Positions 1-11,923 of a stretch of 64,000 nt of DNA are shown piece after piece (the first letter of the stretch is position 1; the number at the start of each line of letters is the position of its first letter). The notes under the pieces were generated by a model. It ran no database searches, had not been told where the DNA came from, and saw only the letters and a program-made list of their open reading frames with translations. The stretch is from Eutreptiella sp. 'Long Island Sound 2002'. Lineage: Eukaryota; Protista; Euglenida. Where the stretch lies: assembly GCA_964036045.1 (NCBI GenBank), contig OZ038378.1:164672001-164736000 (forward strand), in the 5' to 3' direction. Position numbers and translations under genes: made by a program.

Positions 1-2750
1 AACTGATTGAATGAATAACAAGAAATTTCATACCCTTTGTGCAACATTTTCCATTCTCGGAAATTTTTTCCGTTTCTACAAGATTGGAACCGATGAGTTG
101 ATTTTTTCTTAACTCTAAAGCTGAAACCAACGAGTACATGTTGCTCATCAGTTGTGAAGATGTGAATAAGGAATCAATTATTGCTTATGTCAAATTAATT
201 ATGTTCAAATTCGGACAATGAGATTCAATTTTCGACGGTTCGAAAAATATCGACAGTTCGACCGGCGCCATAGTCGGAATTTGCCTGCTGCTAAAAAGTC
301 GATTTTTTAGTAGCAATTTTACGATTTTTCCGTCACATCAGTTTGTGCGGATTCGGATTCCGAGTCTGTTGCATATTTTTGTTGCCTTTCAGACCCCAAA
401 AATCTACCCCACTTGCTCCAGGAGGGGGTACGCACTTCTATACAGATGGTTCAGTGGTCCGTGGCGGCCGGGGCCCTCTCCCAGCCGCCGCATCTACCAG
501 CGCGCTGTCGCGCATAAGCAATGACATAAACTGAAATCGAATATCTTTTGGGCCATGGACGGGATGAACCTAACCCCCTTTTGAACAGTGCCAATGCAAC
601 TGCATTGGCTACCGCAGTGATACGACAAATTGGGGTATTGCTCATGCTATGACGCATGTTGAGCGATGCCAGTAGTATAGGGCATTCGAAAAGGAAGCAT
701 GTCTGCCGAGGAATAAGAAGGCAAAGAAATAATGTCTAGAGCATATGTGTAGCAGTGAAAAATGATTCGCGCTTTTATGGGGACCATTTTTTTGGGACCA
801 CCAAGGGTCCCCCTAACGTTTGCCTCACATTACTAGCCATCCTACTAGAACGAATGAGCTCTGCCGTTGTTTGACATTGATGACCTAGTGCTCATGCCTT
901 TGCTTTGTTGATTGTCATATCTTGGTTTGTTGCTTTGCATTATGTCACGCGTTTGGGCACAACTAAACCAAACCACTCCCCAAAACACCTTTGCGCAACC
1001 CTCGATCCGAATGATGTCTTGGATTTTTTTTGATGCAACACACTTGGGCTCAACCTCATAGCTTCATGTACATGTGAGCCAAAGAGTGACTGCGTAGCAA
1101 ATCTAGTGACAGGTGTCCTTTTCGTCAAGACCAATTCACGTGCATGCCCGAGTAGGAGCGTGCAGAAAGAGGGTTGTACGAGCTCTGAGAAGAGTACTCA
1201 AAAAGCCAAAGCAAAGAAGTGGCCATGACAACCCACCCTCAAGTGGGCTTATGGGATTTCCTCGGGGGTTTGAGGAATGCCCAAATACGGAGCACGGGGT
1301 CCAGGATTACCTTTATGATGATTGGTGCCCACCATATGGATGGGTATCCTTTTAAACCGCATCTCATGCACTAGTTCTTGGAGGTTGGAGGAGACATAGG
1401 AGGGGCCTAAGGCATATTTACACAATTACGCACACTGTTCGGCATGAAACCTTACCATAGCTCATGCCGGATACACTTCCACACTACTTGGGTGTTTCAT
1501 GTGACACCAAGTTCTTGTGTGGGGACTTTGACAAATCATGGCACTTCAAAAAAAACATGTGCTTGTGTCATGTTGAGCCCAATGCACGTTGTGCGTGCCG
1601 TGCTAAACCCAACAGAAGAGCCCAAAGTTGATTTTGGATGCTGCTACCTGTTGCCTGTTTGCAAGGCATTTGAAAGTGGGGAATGTATCTTTGGTTGTAG
1701 TTCTGCAACATGCAACAACAACCTCTGCTATCGATAATGCTCTTATGTGGTACATGCGCAAGAATGATTTTCGTCTTTTCTATGTCCATCCATTTCCTTT
1801 GACTTTCGAATAATGTCGCATTCGTGGAGCATCACGTTCTATTATGATGTATGCACATGTGAGCAGTTTTCTTTGTGTTCGTGTAGTGCACACCTACTGT
1901 TCTCCACCGGCCCGACGAGTCTGACGAGACCAAGTGGAGAACATGGCATTGGCCAATATACTCCAAACTAGTGACAACAATAGCAACCCTACAACACAAA
2001 CGGTAATACATGACATGCAGGGTTTGGGGGTTTGGGCATCCGTGGCCACGTGCCAAGCCATATCTATTTGAGATACACTTCACATTAAGAAGTGCACACA
2101 CAACAAAATGAAACCCATGGCATAACTACGCTCACAATCAACAACTCACTGCCAACCATATATACTGGCAAGTGAGGCAAAAGATGACCAAAGGTTTCAT
2201 TTGGACACATGCACTCTTGCAATCATGGCATTTGTCCTCCTCCAAGCACCTTCAGACAAGGCATACAAGAACAATGTCCGTATAGTGCGGTGGTTAGGAC
2301 TGCAATGTAGCTTACAAACGTAAGTTATGTAACTTGCAAAGCCAAAAATACACATCATAAGCTACAGTTACCATGGCGAAAATGGTAGTGAGGCCGTCAT
2401 CACATGTTGTTGCAACCTCTCGGATCGTAAGTACCGTGGCTAGAATATGACCCCTGAGTTACGTTCAAAGGCGGTGCCCTCGGTCCAAGCTGTTGCTCGC
2501 TATCTTGAATTTCCGTCTCCCTCCTACATCCAACATAACAGGGATGTTCCAAGAGAAGACGAAAGGCGGGCTGAGGTTTGAATTGTAGCATACCGAGTCT
2601 GGAGTCAATTTTGGTGATGCGGTGCACCCTATGATTAGCATCTTGCTTGCATGCTTCAATCCAGGGTCCCACGTGCTGGACTACTACACTGGTTTTGTCA
2701 CTCCTTTGTCAACCTAATGGCTGTGTGAGCAGTCTTCTCTCATGCTCGCG

Positions 2751-2777
2751 TCTTCTGAGTGTCTACTTTTTTTCTCG
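2751..2777 (+). other. Relict euglenid spliced-leader (SL)-like sequence
   Basis: TCTTCTGAGTGTCTACTTTTTTTCTCG compared with the euglenid SL as I recall it (ACTTTCTGAGTGTCTATTTTTTTTCG): 13-nt exact core TTCTGAGTGTCTA (2753-2765), then a T-run and a terminal CG. No SL RNA intron donor (GT) follows, so it is not an SL RNA gene. Confidence 0.7.
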
Positions 2778-3088
2778 ACCCTGTCATGAGCTCTTGACTG
2801 ACGAGTTGGCACTTTGCTGCTTTGTGGGTGTAGTTGTCTTGTACTTGCACAATTGCCTTGCCTTGTCAACTGTTCGTTGGCGAAAGCTCTTTCGCAATAG
2901 CAAGTGAAACTTGCATCCAACAGTGATGGCGTAAGTGACGCCCGTAATTTACAATTCATAAATCGCTGTAATTGCTAGTATCGGTTGCACCAACTCTCGC
3001 GTCTAAAATAGAAGTAGGTTTTGGAGGCCTTGTGTGGTGACGTCACTTTTGAGATGAGGTCTAAAATTTCAAGTTTTGGACCAAAAGG

Positions 3089-4010
3089 ATGGGGCTACCC
3101 GTGGGAACACAAAAAGTTGTATGGCAAGCCAAATGGCTTGTCATTGCTAAGGAGGTATCCAGCTTCAACTTAAATAGGACTATAGTGAGGGTACACAATA
3201 GCACAAGAAGAAGTGTTGTAGCGCACATAAACGAATTCAACCTTGGTCGCCCGGTCGCCTTTTGTGTAAGCTTGACCCAATGTGTCTGTGTGTGTGCGCG
3301 TACGTGTGATGCAGTGTATCACACACCCAGAACGCACATGTGTGGCAAAGTCGTCACAATTGTTTTGATGCAAAGGTAGTCAGTCACATTGGAAGGTCGG
3401 ATTTTTGTTGGAGTTGGTGCTTGTTTGCCTGTTGAAGTAGTTGTGTGCAGCTTTGTTGTACCGAACGTGTTTGTGTAGGTAGTTGCCACATACGCATCGT
3501 GTAGCCGCACGCCTTCAGTGGGATCCAATGCATTCAAAGCAAGCAAAGGGTGTTGGAAGGCGCTATGTTGCCCACTATGAAAGGGGAGTGCCAAGAGCAG
3601 TACACCAACCATTATTGAGGGGAGACAAGGGCATTCCTTTGTCTCCCTCTCGGTTACTTTGTTTGGCCGGGAACATAATGGACAACATGTCCTTGGAACC
3701 CTCATCCACTGACAAGAAAATGTACCTGAAAAGCCTCAAAAGCATCGCCGCCTAGCCCCGTTTCACTCTGCAATCTTTTTTGATCAAAGCAGTTGTGTTT
3801 GGCGTGCTAGTGCTTGTCCTCATACACATGATCTAGGCAATAGTTTGCCTTGGTTTGCATTTCTGGCCAATTTTGGTGTTTGCATTTGCTACGTGTGATA
3901 TTCCTTTGGCTACGTGTACGGCGGTCAACCATTCCCCGTTTTGGACCCTTTAGGTCACTTCGGAGTTAATAGTGGGGACGCCATGGCGTGTGTGGTTTTG
4001 TTCCAACCAC
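3089..4010 (+). mobile_element. Decayed non-LTR retrotransposon (LINE) RT relic
   Basis: Broken frames give RT-like motifs in the expected order: NLGRPVAF (NYRPISL-like), LRGDKGIPLSPSRLLCL (RGxxQGxPLSPxLF-like) and PFPVLDPLGHFGV (xxKYLGV-like). Many stops. Confidence 0.35.
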
Positions 4011-6147
4011 ATGAAATAAGGCACTTTCACCGAAGGTTGACCTTTTGGGGGTCGTCCGGTCGTATCTTCCGCTTTCCTCACTTTGCAACACTTTACTTCA
4101 GGTAGTCATTGTTGCCTCTGAGTGTGCCCTCCTCAGCCAAGCAATCATTGTACGGTTGTGTTGCGACAAAGGGAAGTGTCCAAAAAGCATTTCCCACCAT
4201 TCCACCTAGCGCATTTTGGGGTATGCACACTTTTGTGTTGTTTGCTTGTCTCGGTGTGTTTAAATCTCGGTGTTGTGTGTGTTGTGTGTGGTGTTGCTCT
4301 TCTTTTCTGCATTTATTTGCTCTGCTGACATTTGTTTGCACAGCCGACATTTGCACCAAAGGGGACAACCCTACCAGTCGACGCATTAGTGGTGCACAGT
4401 ATAACAATTTTCTTACCCAGTGTGTTTAGATCAGTTGCTTCACTTTGGGTTGATTGGGCTGCCAGCAGTCACATGTCCAACACTATTTGTCAGCTAAGCA
4501 AAGTGAGCGAAGTCAACGAAGTGAACAAACAGAGTGGACTTCGCATCACTTTGCTCATTTTGCTCACTTTAGCTCACTTTAACAATTCTGTGGATTGATA
4601 ATGTGTACATTGCTGTGCTGGGGTTGCAAGATGCAGCCCCCTGTTTGCGTCTATCCTTGAAATTGGGCCAGTTTGGGACCAAAATGGTCGGGCATTAGCA
4701 ACTCCTCCTCATGCACATTGGGCACACGTGTGCGAACATGGTCCGAGGACGTGGGTGGGCAAGAGCCATGGCAAGAGGACGCAGGGGAAATTCCAAAGCC
4801 GAAGTGCCGCGACCGCAGCAGGATCCGCAGCATAGATCACCCCTTTTCTACCGAAGCGGCCACTCTCTCCATTCTAGCAGTAGTCGCATTACCCTTCTCT
4901 CTGTCCATGTTGGATTGATCACAACCCGAAGAAAGGAAGCAGCTTTAAGATTTGTTGGTCTCAGAACTGGACAGTTTCAGCTTGTGAAACATACATATGA
5001 ACATGCACACAAGGCCTGCCACACGTCGAAATATGTCAAAGCCACAAAAAAACAAAAAAGAGCCGAGGGAGACCCACCCTTGCCTACACGCCCACCCCTT
5101 CCGAGATTTGTCCATTGACTCCTTTACCCACCATCTCAATCTCCCCACAATCAACAGAAGCCCTCTCCCACAAGCTGTGCAGCCCAGACAGCTTTGCAAC
5201 AAGCCTTCATGCCTTTGTGGATTATGTTGCCTGGTTCTGGTGGTCCCGGTGGGACACAGACAAGAGCACTATGGACCCCATGTCGTCCGCAGGGCCTGTG
5301 ATCAGCCACCAGCACGAAGTTTCACACAGAGGGGGGGGGGGGGCCACGGGGCACAGGACAGTGAGACGAGCCCCAACAGGACACGCAACAAGACACAAGG
5401 GAACCATGAGGTGCGAGCACTGCAGCAACCACCAAATGCGGCGCACGCCGAGGGAGCCATCAGCAAACACCCCCGCCCTCCTCCCTCTACAAGGTGCCCA
5501 CGTACTCCACAAGGGCGGGGGCTGCGCCCCGCGCGCCGGGAGGTGCCTGCCACGGGGTGGCAACAGGGCCGTGAACAGCCAACCGCGCACGGGGCAGTCC
5601 ACGTCGTACGGAGATGTGAAATCCTCGTACGGGGGGGCAGGCGGGTGGGACAGGAGGGGGTGCGCGACATGGGCACCCAGGAGCGCCACCAGACAGGGGG
5701 AGGAGCAACACAAACACACAGAACGCGGGAGCCACACCAAGAGGGACAAGGGCGGGCACACCAGACAGGGAGGAGGGGCACAGCAAGGCAGGAGAGGCAA
5801 CCAGAACAGCGGGAACAGGGAACCAGAATGGATGGTGGAGCGTGCGCATGGGAGGCAGCGACAAGAAAGGGGATGGCTTGGCCAGCCAGCCCCATCGCTA
5901 GCAGCTAGCGGGTGCCAGGGCAACCCCTGCTCAACCTGCATCAGGTGGGGGGGGTGTCCCGCAGCCCAGATGGGCTGTTTGCGCAACAGGAGTGGGAGCC
6001 CATCAGGGGCAGACCAGCCGTGAGGGGGAAAAGCACATATGGTGGACGGCCCGGACAGCGCATGGAGGAACAGGGCACCTGGGCCGCACAGAATCACAGC
6101 GAGGCAGGCTATGGGCGGTCTGTGGACAGAGGTGGACAGCAAAAACA

Positions 6148-6419
6148 GTCAAACGACCCGGGCAACAACCAGCACAACCTCAATACGCCAATTATTGGGC
6201 GCCGCTGATGCGCAAAACGGCACACCATGCCACATTCAGCACAGCCCCAACACACCAACTACTGGGCTCCGCGAACGCAGAAACGACACCAGCAAGAGCA
6301 CCAGCCGCAGCGGCCGACAGAAAGCAGCGACCCGACGCAACATGCAAAGGGAAGAACGGGTGACTGTCCAGGGCCCCGTAAAGGAGCAACAACCAGACGG
6401 AATGTCACACAGGGGGGGG
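6148..6419 (+). repeat. SINE-like dispersed repeat, copy 1 of 3 (~260 bp, ends in G-run)
   Basis: Visibly highly similar to 21433-21688 and 23482-23738 (…ctgggctccgcgaacgc…acagaaagcagcgaccc…gtccagggccccgt…gacggaatgtcacac(a)GGGGGGGG). The 3' end is shared and the 5' extent varies. Confidence 0.8.
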
Positions 6420-6580
6420 CTCCAATACGCGTGCGCCTCTCCCTGTTCCCTTCAGCGCACATTTGTCTCAATTGTACAGTGGATCCGATCCCAGATGCCG
6501 CACTGCCCATGTCCTAAGCCCTCTTGAGCCTCCGCATCCCTGTGCAACCCAGTCTTGTCTTGGTGAAGATGCTAATAGAC

Positions 6581-9500
6581 ATGCACGAGGGGAATGTCAG
6601 CAGCCGCACGCGCAGCAGTTCTGGTGGAGCTGGGTCGCGTGTGCCGTGCGTCCGGATTGGCACACGCTCGGTCAACCTTCCCCCGCAGCCCCCGCCCAGG
6701 CCACGAGGCACTGAGCCACAGAAGATGTGCGCCGGTGTGCAGCCCCCCCCTCCCCCGAAGCGGCACAAAACGCGCTCCCAAGTCGCGCGCGCCCGCGCCA
6801 CAACGACAGCGATCCCACAGGCCGCCGTGGCCCCTCAACCCAAGAGCGCGAGCCAAAAGGGCGCCGCCGCACGGGACGGGTGCCCACAGGCACCTCCTGC
6901 ACGGAAACGGCAGCAGATGGGTCGCGAACCGCTCCCGTGCCCTGCACCGAAGCGACAGAAAGTGCACGCCAGACCAGCGACCGTGCAACACGAAGTAGGT
7001 CCCGAGCCGCAGGACTCCGCCGCCCCGAAGCGACAGAACGTTGGGGTCAAAGCCACCGACAGCAAGCGAAGGGTCCGCAGCACGGTGCCGGATCTCTGTA
7101 CCACCAAACGAGCCAAGCCTGCAAATGGTCCCGACACCCGGCGCGAGAGACCGTCCCCGTGTGCGCGCGGCGCTCAGGGCCGCGCGGTGGACACTCAACA
7201 GGGCAGAGCGCCACACAACACTGGCCGCCCTGAAAGGGCTCCGACCGCCTCGGGCAGCAGAAGTCCAAACGGCGACAGCGCACGATGTGGGCGCAGTCAT
7301 AGCCCCGGGGGGGCGTTTGAGGAGTCCGCAGCAGCGCATCGCATGCTGCCCACACCCAAGCGGCTGTCAGCGCCCAAGGGACCGAGCCCATCCTCCTGCA
7401 GCCGTGCCGCACCACAAGCCCTGCAGTGCGCTGTGGTTGGCAAGACAGTGCAGTCCGAAGTCGCCAGTGAGGTGCCTGCGGCGATATGTGACCCCACACA
7501 GGTGCTGCTCCCACCGTCAGAAGACCCGGTGCCGACTCGGACCTTTTGGGGCGCCCATTGATTTTGCAGGGCTGGGCCCAAGTGCTTGCCAAGGGTGTGG
7601 GGGGGTACTTTTGGTCGCATAAGCCACTGCCGAGCCCATTGTCTTCCTGCGCATTGTGCTGATCGCCTCTTGTGCACACATGCAACAGCGCAGGGCGGTT
7701 CCATTCACATGGTTTGTCGGGCCAGAGAGACAGACATGTTTGACCAGGCAAGGCTAAGGAATTAAAATTGGGCAGAGGCGGGGGGGGGGGGGGGAAGGTC
7801 TGCATTGTGTCTCAGGGTGGGTGAACATCTGATGAGCCTTTAGACTGAGCGCTGGTTTTTTTTTCACGTGGTTTTCTCTGCTTTTCACACTTGTACCCAA
7901 TTATGTCAGAGGTGGTGGATAGCTCAGTAGTGTTTGCCTTGGACTTAAGATCCGCAAACCCTGCAAAGAGGGACAGCCATGATGTCCATTTCTTGGGCTG
8001 CATGCTAATAGGGGAGGATGGTGGCAGGAGCACTATATGCACAGTGCATCCCCCCACTATCCTTGGGAAGGGTTGTCTTCGGAGGGCCAAAGGCTCCAAG
8101 ATGCTGTGGGTAGATAGGTAATCACTTGGCAGAAAATGATAGACGGATCGCAAGCAGTCAACCTCTGTGCTCTGCTTGGCGGCCAAGCCGTTGCTACATT
8201 CCTGTGCTTCAGAGACTGAGTCGAAAGACACCCAGGCAGTACCTGCTGGACCTGTGTTTGTGTTGCATGTCCACATTTCTATGGCTCCGTTTGAAACCTA
8301 CCAGGGAGGTGCATATGCAGGGTGCACCTCAGATGAAATGTAAAAGGGACGCACATAAGCAATGAAAGCCAAGTTCATTTCGTTACTGAAACATGGTGAT
8401 TTTTTTTTCCTAATCGAAGACCGACCAAGCTGATTGAGAGAGTACCAAGATAACATGATGGCCAGGTAGTACATGGCCACCCAACAGCCTATTGAGAAGA
8501 GTGACAAGATAACATGATGTGGCCCATTAGTACATGGCCACCCAACAGCGCCAAAGCAGTGGGAGGAAGAGGAAACAGGGTTCCGAGAAGAGGCAATCCC
8601 AGAGGAAGTACAAGACAATGAGCAGGATTTCCGCCAGCGGTTGCCGCTGCAGCAAAAGCTGTCTATTCATCCAGCAGCAGCTGCTGCTGCTGCTGTTGTG
8701 CTGCTGCTGCTGTGCTGCTGCTGCTGCAAACGCCATAATAAACCATCCCTGTGTCTGACGTGATTTGAAAATGTAATTGCACCTTGTTTATATACCGGCT
8801 TCTCAGGTCCTCGCCACCCCCACCCCTTCGTTCAATCTGGACACTGGTTGTACCACCCTGAAACCCTTCTTTTATGCCACGGTGCACCTCCCCACCTTGG
8901 CTAAAAGTCAGATACAGGCATGCACACAAAACACACTGCCCTAAAACTCACACATCATCAACATTGCACAACCAGAATTTCTCACACCCAAAGTATCTCA
9001 GGACGTAGTGTACCTCCTCAACCCCACAAATTCGTCACTGTCTCCAGATGCCCATTGTTTAGAATTCTGGGAACAACAATCAGGCAATGCACCCCACAAT
9101 TCTGAATTGGATCTCATGATTCTTAAATCTCATGATTCAGGCTTGATTGAATCTCACTGTGGACAAAAGGACGGCACCCCAGGTTGACCCATAATTTCAA
9201 ACCTTCCCCCCCCCCCCCCCCGTTGTTAACCAAGTCGAATCCACCCAACTTTTTTCCCAGCAAAAACAGAAACATTTTTGCACGTCCAAGATTGATTGAA
9301 TCAGCAAACCTCATTTGAGAGGGCTACAACCAATAAAATTGACACCCCACTGATTTGAACCCTGCACCGCAGTCGCAAGCAGCAAATAGTGTATGTAACA
9401 CGCTCCACCAACAAAGGATTCAAACCCCAAACTTTGGTCCATTGCACATTGTGTGTACAAACGTGTGCATTGCACACACTCTCGCAGTGTAGGAAGCCTG

Positions 9501-11923
9501 GGTCATCATTTGGTACAGTAGGCCCATCTATTGGGTGTCCATGGGCCTGTGAGAGGCCTGTTTGCAGGAAATATCAGCCCGTTTGTAAAGATGGATAGGC
9601 ACGACTCATGAAAATGAAATGCTTCCAGTTGCCCTCGTTGCCCTCATTGCAGAAACAGCAAAGCAAGATGCAACCTCAGCGAGAAAGGCACTGGACAAAT
9701 GTCACTTTGAGTGTCATAAATCATGAAGAAGGAGAAATGCATACCTTTGCCAACAAGCGGCCTCATCAGCCCCAAATACATTGAATGATGCTGAGGTAAA
9801 TTATGCACAAACAAATCAATTGAATTGAAATCACAACGAAATCACAACGGAATGGGTGAGGTGAGGTGTGTGAGGTGAGGTGAAGTAGGGTGACGTGAGG
9901 CGGCGTGAGGTGAGGTGCCAGAATGTCCAAGCCCCCTTGAGGGGGGGGGGGGGGGGTAAGATCTCTGAAAATTATGGATTGGACTGGACTGAACAGGATC
10001 CAGCGGAATGATTGAGTCACTGCGGTGAGGCTAATCATGGAGAGTGCGACGAGGCCGGGTATCCAAGTGAATGCATTTGGAACGCGTTGTCCCTCAGGCA
10101 GAGTTCCACCAACCCACGCAACGCGGGCCGCCCAAGAGAAAATCGTTCTTGAAAGGCGCACGGCCATCGGTGCCCCCGCCCCCACCGCCACCGCCGCGGC
10201 CCTCCACCTCCACCGTGGACGCCTTTGCGTTTGAGTGTCCGCTGGATCCCGCACCAGCGCCGCCTTCGCAACGCCGCAGCCGCAGCTTTGAGGCCGAATC
10301 AGACCGCAGTAGGAACGGCTCCACTGCCAAGCCTGTGCCCCGCCGTGCTCCTTCCCCTGACCTCAACGCCACCGATTGCTTTCCCTCTCCGGATGCTTCC
10401 CGGAGGTTGACCTTTGAATGTCACATCAGCCCCGGTGACAGCGCAGGCCTGGGCGTGCCCGAGCACACGGGCGGTCTAAGCAGCACGTTCCACGATGACA
10501 CCGCGCACCGCGAGCCAGTGGTGCCTTCCGCCCTCGACACGACGGCGGTATACGACAACTCCGAGGCGGTCGCTGCCGGCGACCCGACCGATTTAGGTAT
10601 TTCCTGCGATGCCTTGCTTCTCCCATATCCCACATACCCACATCCCGCCAGCCGCCCCACATCCTCCCGATCTCCGCAAACAACCCACCCACGCTCACTC
10701 CCCACGTCCAGATCCCGCATGACACCTCAACCCACCCACCAGCCCAATCAACCCACAGAATCCACAAATTGAAAACCATGCACCAGGGGATCTTGCGACA
10801 GGACTAGAACTGGAACGACAGTAGAGCGGAGTTACCCCTCCCATGACACACAAACAAGCATAGCAAACAATATCACCAACCAAACCAGACCCAAACGAGC
10901 AAACACCACGCACAGTTTGATCATAATTAAAAGGACGAGCACCCCTGCAAAACAACGCCAATGCAGAAGCACAAGCAGTGTAACCGCGATAGGACACGCC
11001 CACAAAGCCACAAAAGCACAACAAAGTAGGGCACCCAACCAGCAGCACGGGCATGCCAGCACAAGCATGTCAATTATCCCCTGCTTGAAGTGCAGAAGCT
11101 AGTAAATGGCCACAAGTGGGGCATGCTGTGGGGACACGGTTAAGAGGATACGCCAAACCGGGTGCCATGCCAATATCTTGGCAGCGTGGCAGTGCTGGGA
11201 GTCTACAGCTGCAAGGCATGTGCAAGCCCCTGCCCCGAAAATATCAAACAAAACAAACAAAAGTAAACACAAAACACACACTATCAAGTAAGGGCAGGGT
11301 AGCGTCAGCGTCTCAGCCAAGCGTCCCAACCGGGGAGTTTGGAGGGAGGGGATGCAGTGGGATACAGGGGCATGGGCAGGGGATGCAGATTATATGCGAG
11401 CGGGGGGTGTAAGTAAAGGGCGGGGCAGTTAGTATGCAGGCGGATCGAGGGAGCCTCGGGGGTTGATGCAGGGGAGGACGCACAGGATACGGCTGGGTGG
11501 GTGGGGGGTGTTCCGCGAGCCAGACCTTAGCCAGACTATACTTAAAAATTTTAATTTACAATACGCGGAGGTTCGCGAAGGAAAATGGCAAAGTAGATAA
11601 TTTCTCATGTACCAATTCGGAAAATGCATAGACAAAAGCTTCCATAAAATTCTAAACAGCCCCTTGGCCTGTAGTTAAGTACTTTGAATGCTCAGATGGA
11701 CCCACCTCAAGCCCCTGACTACGTCCTCCGTCCTGCAGATACCACCATCGAATTCGACAACGACCCAAACCAGCCGCTGGTGGACCCTCAGACTGCACCA
11801 ACCCCCGTGCTCTCTCCCCCTCCCGCGCCCTTGCGCAGCGCGGCGGCATCTTCATGGGGCAGGCGGCGCAGCATTCTGAACACCGTGAGAGGGAGACTGC
11901 AGTCCCTGCTCGCCGCGTCATAG
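6581..11923 (+). CDS. Hypothetical Pro/Arg/Lys-rich disordered protein (~534 aa), 3 putative exons
   Basis: join(6581..7501,10098..10596,11739..11923). The GT-AG introns are phase-compatible (0, then 1) and the total of 1605 nt stays in frame to a TAG. Exons are GC-rich and carry repeated PKRQ/RKRQ NLS-like motifs. No recognisable domain; the start and first donor (7471 or 7501) are uncertain. Confidence 0.4.
8672..8727. repeat. CAG/CTG trinucleotide tract
   Basis: (CAG)3 followed directly by an interrupted (CTG)n run. Confidence 0.8.

Noticed and set aside
1-430. AT-rich segment ending GGAGGGGG|TA as a DNA-transposon terminus
   Set aside because: The partner terminus is outside the window and no transposase is seen; cannot be supported.
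2277-2330. tRNA-like 5' half (TCCGTATAGTGCGGTGGTTAGGACT)
   Set aside because: A-box-like only; no anticodon stem, T-arm or acceptor pairing.
4997-6142. Three overlapping ~300-aa ORFs
   Set aside because: GC-rich repeat-associated sequence with no domain motifs or frame preference.
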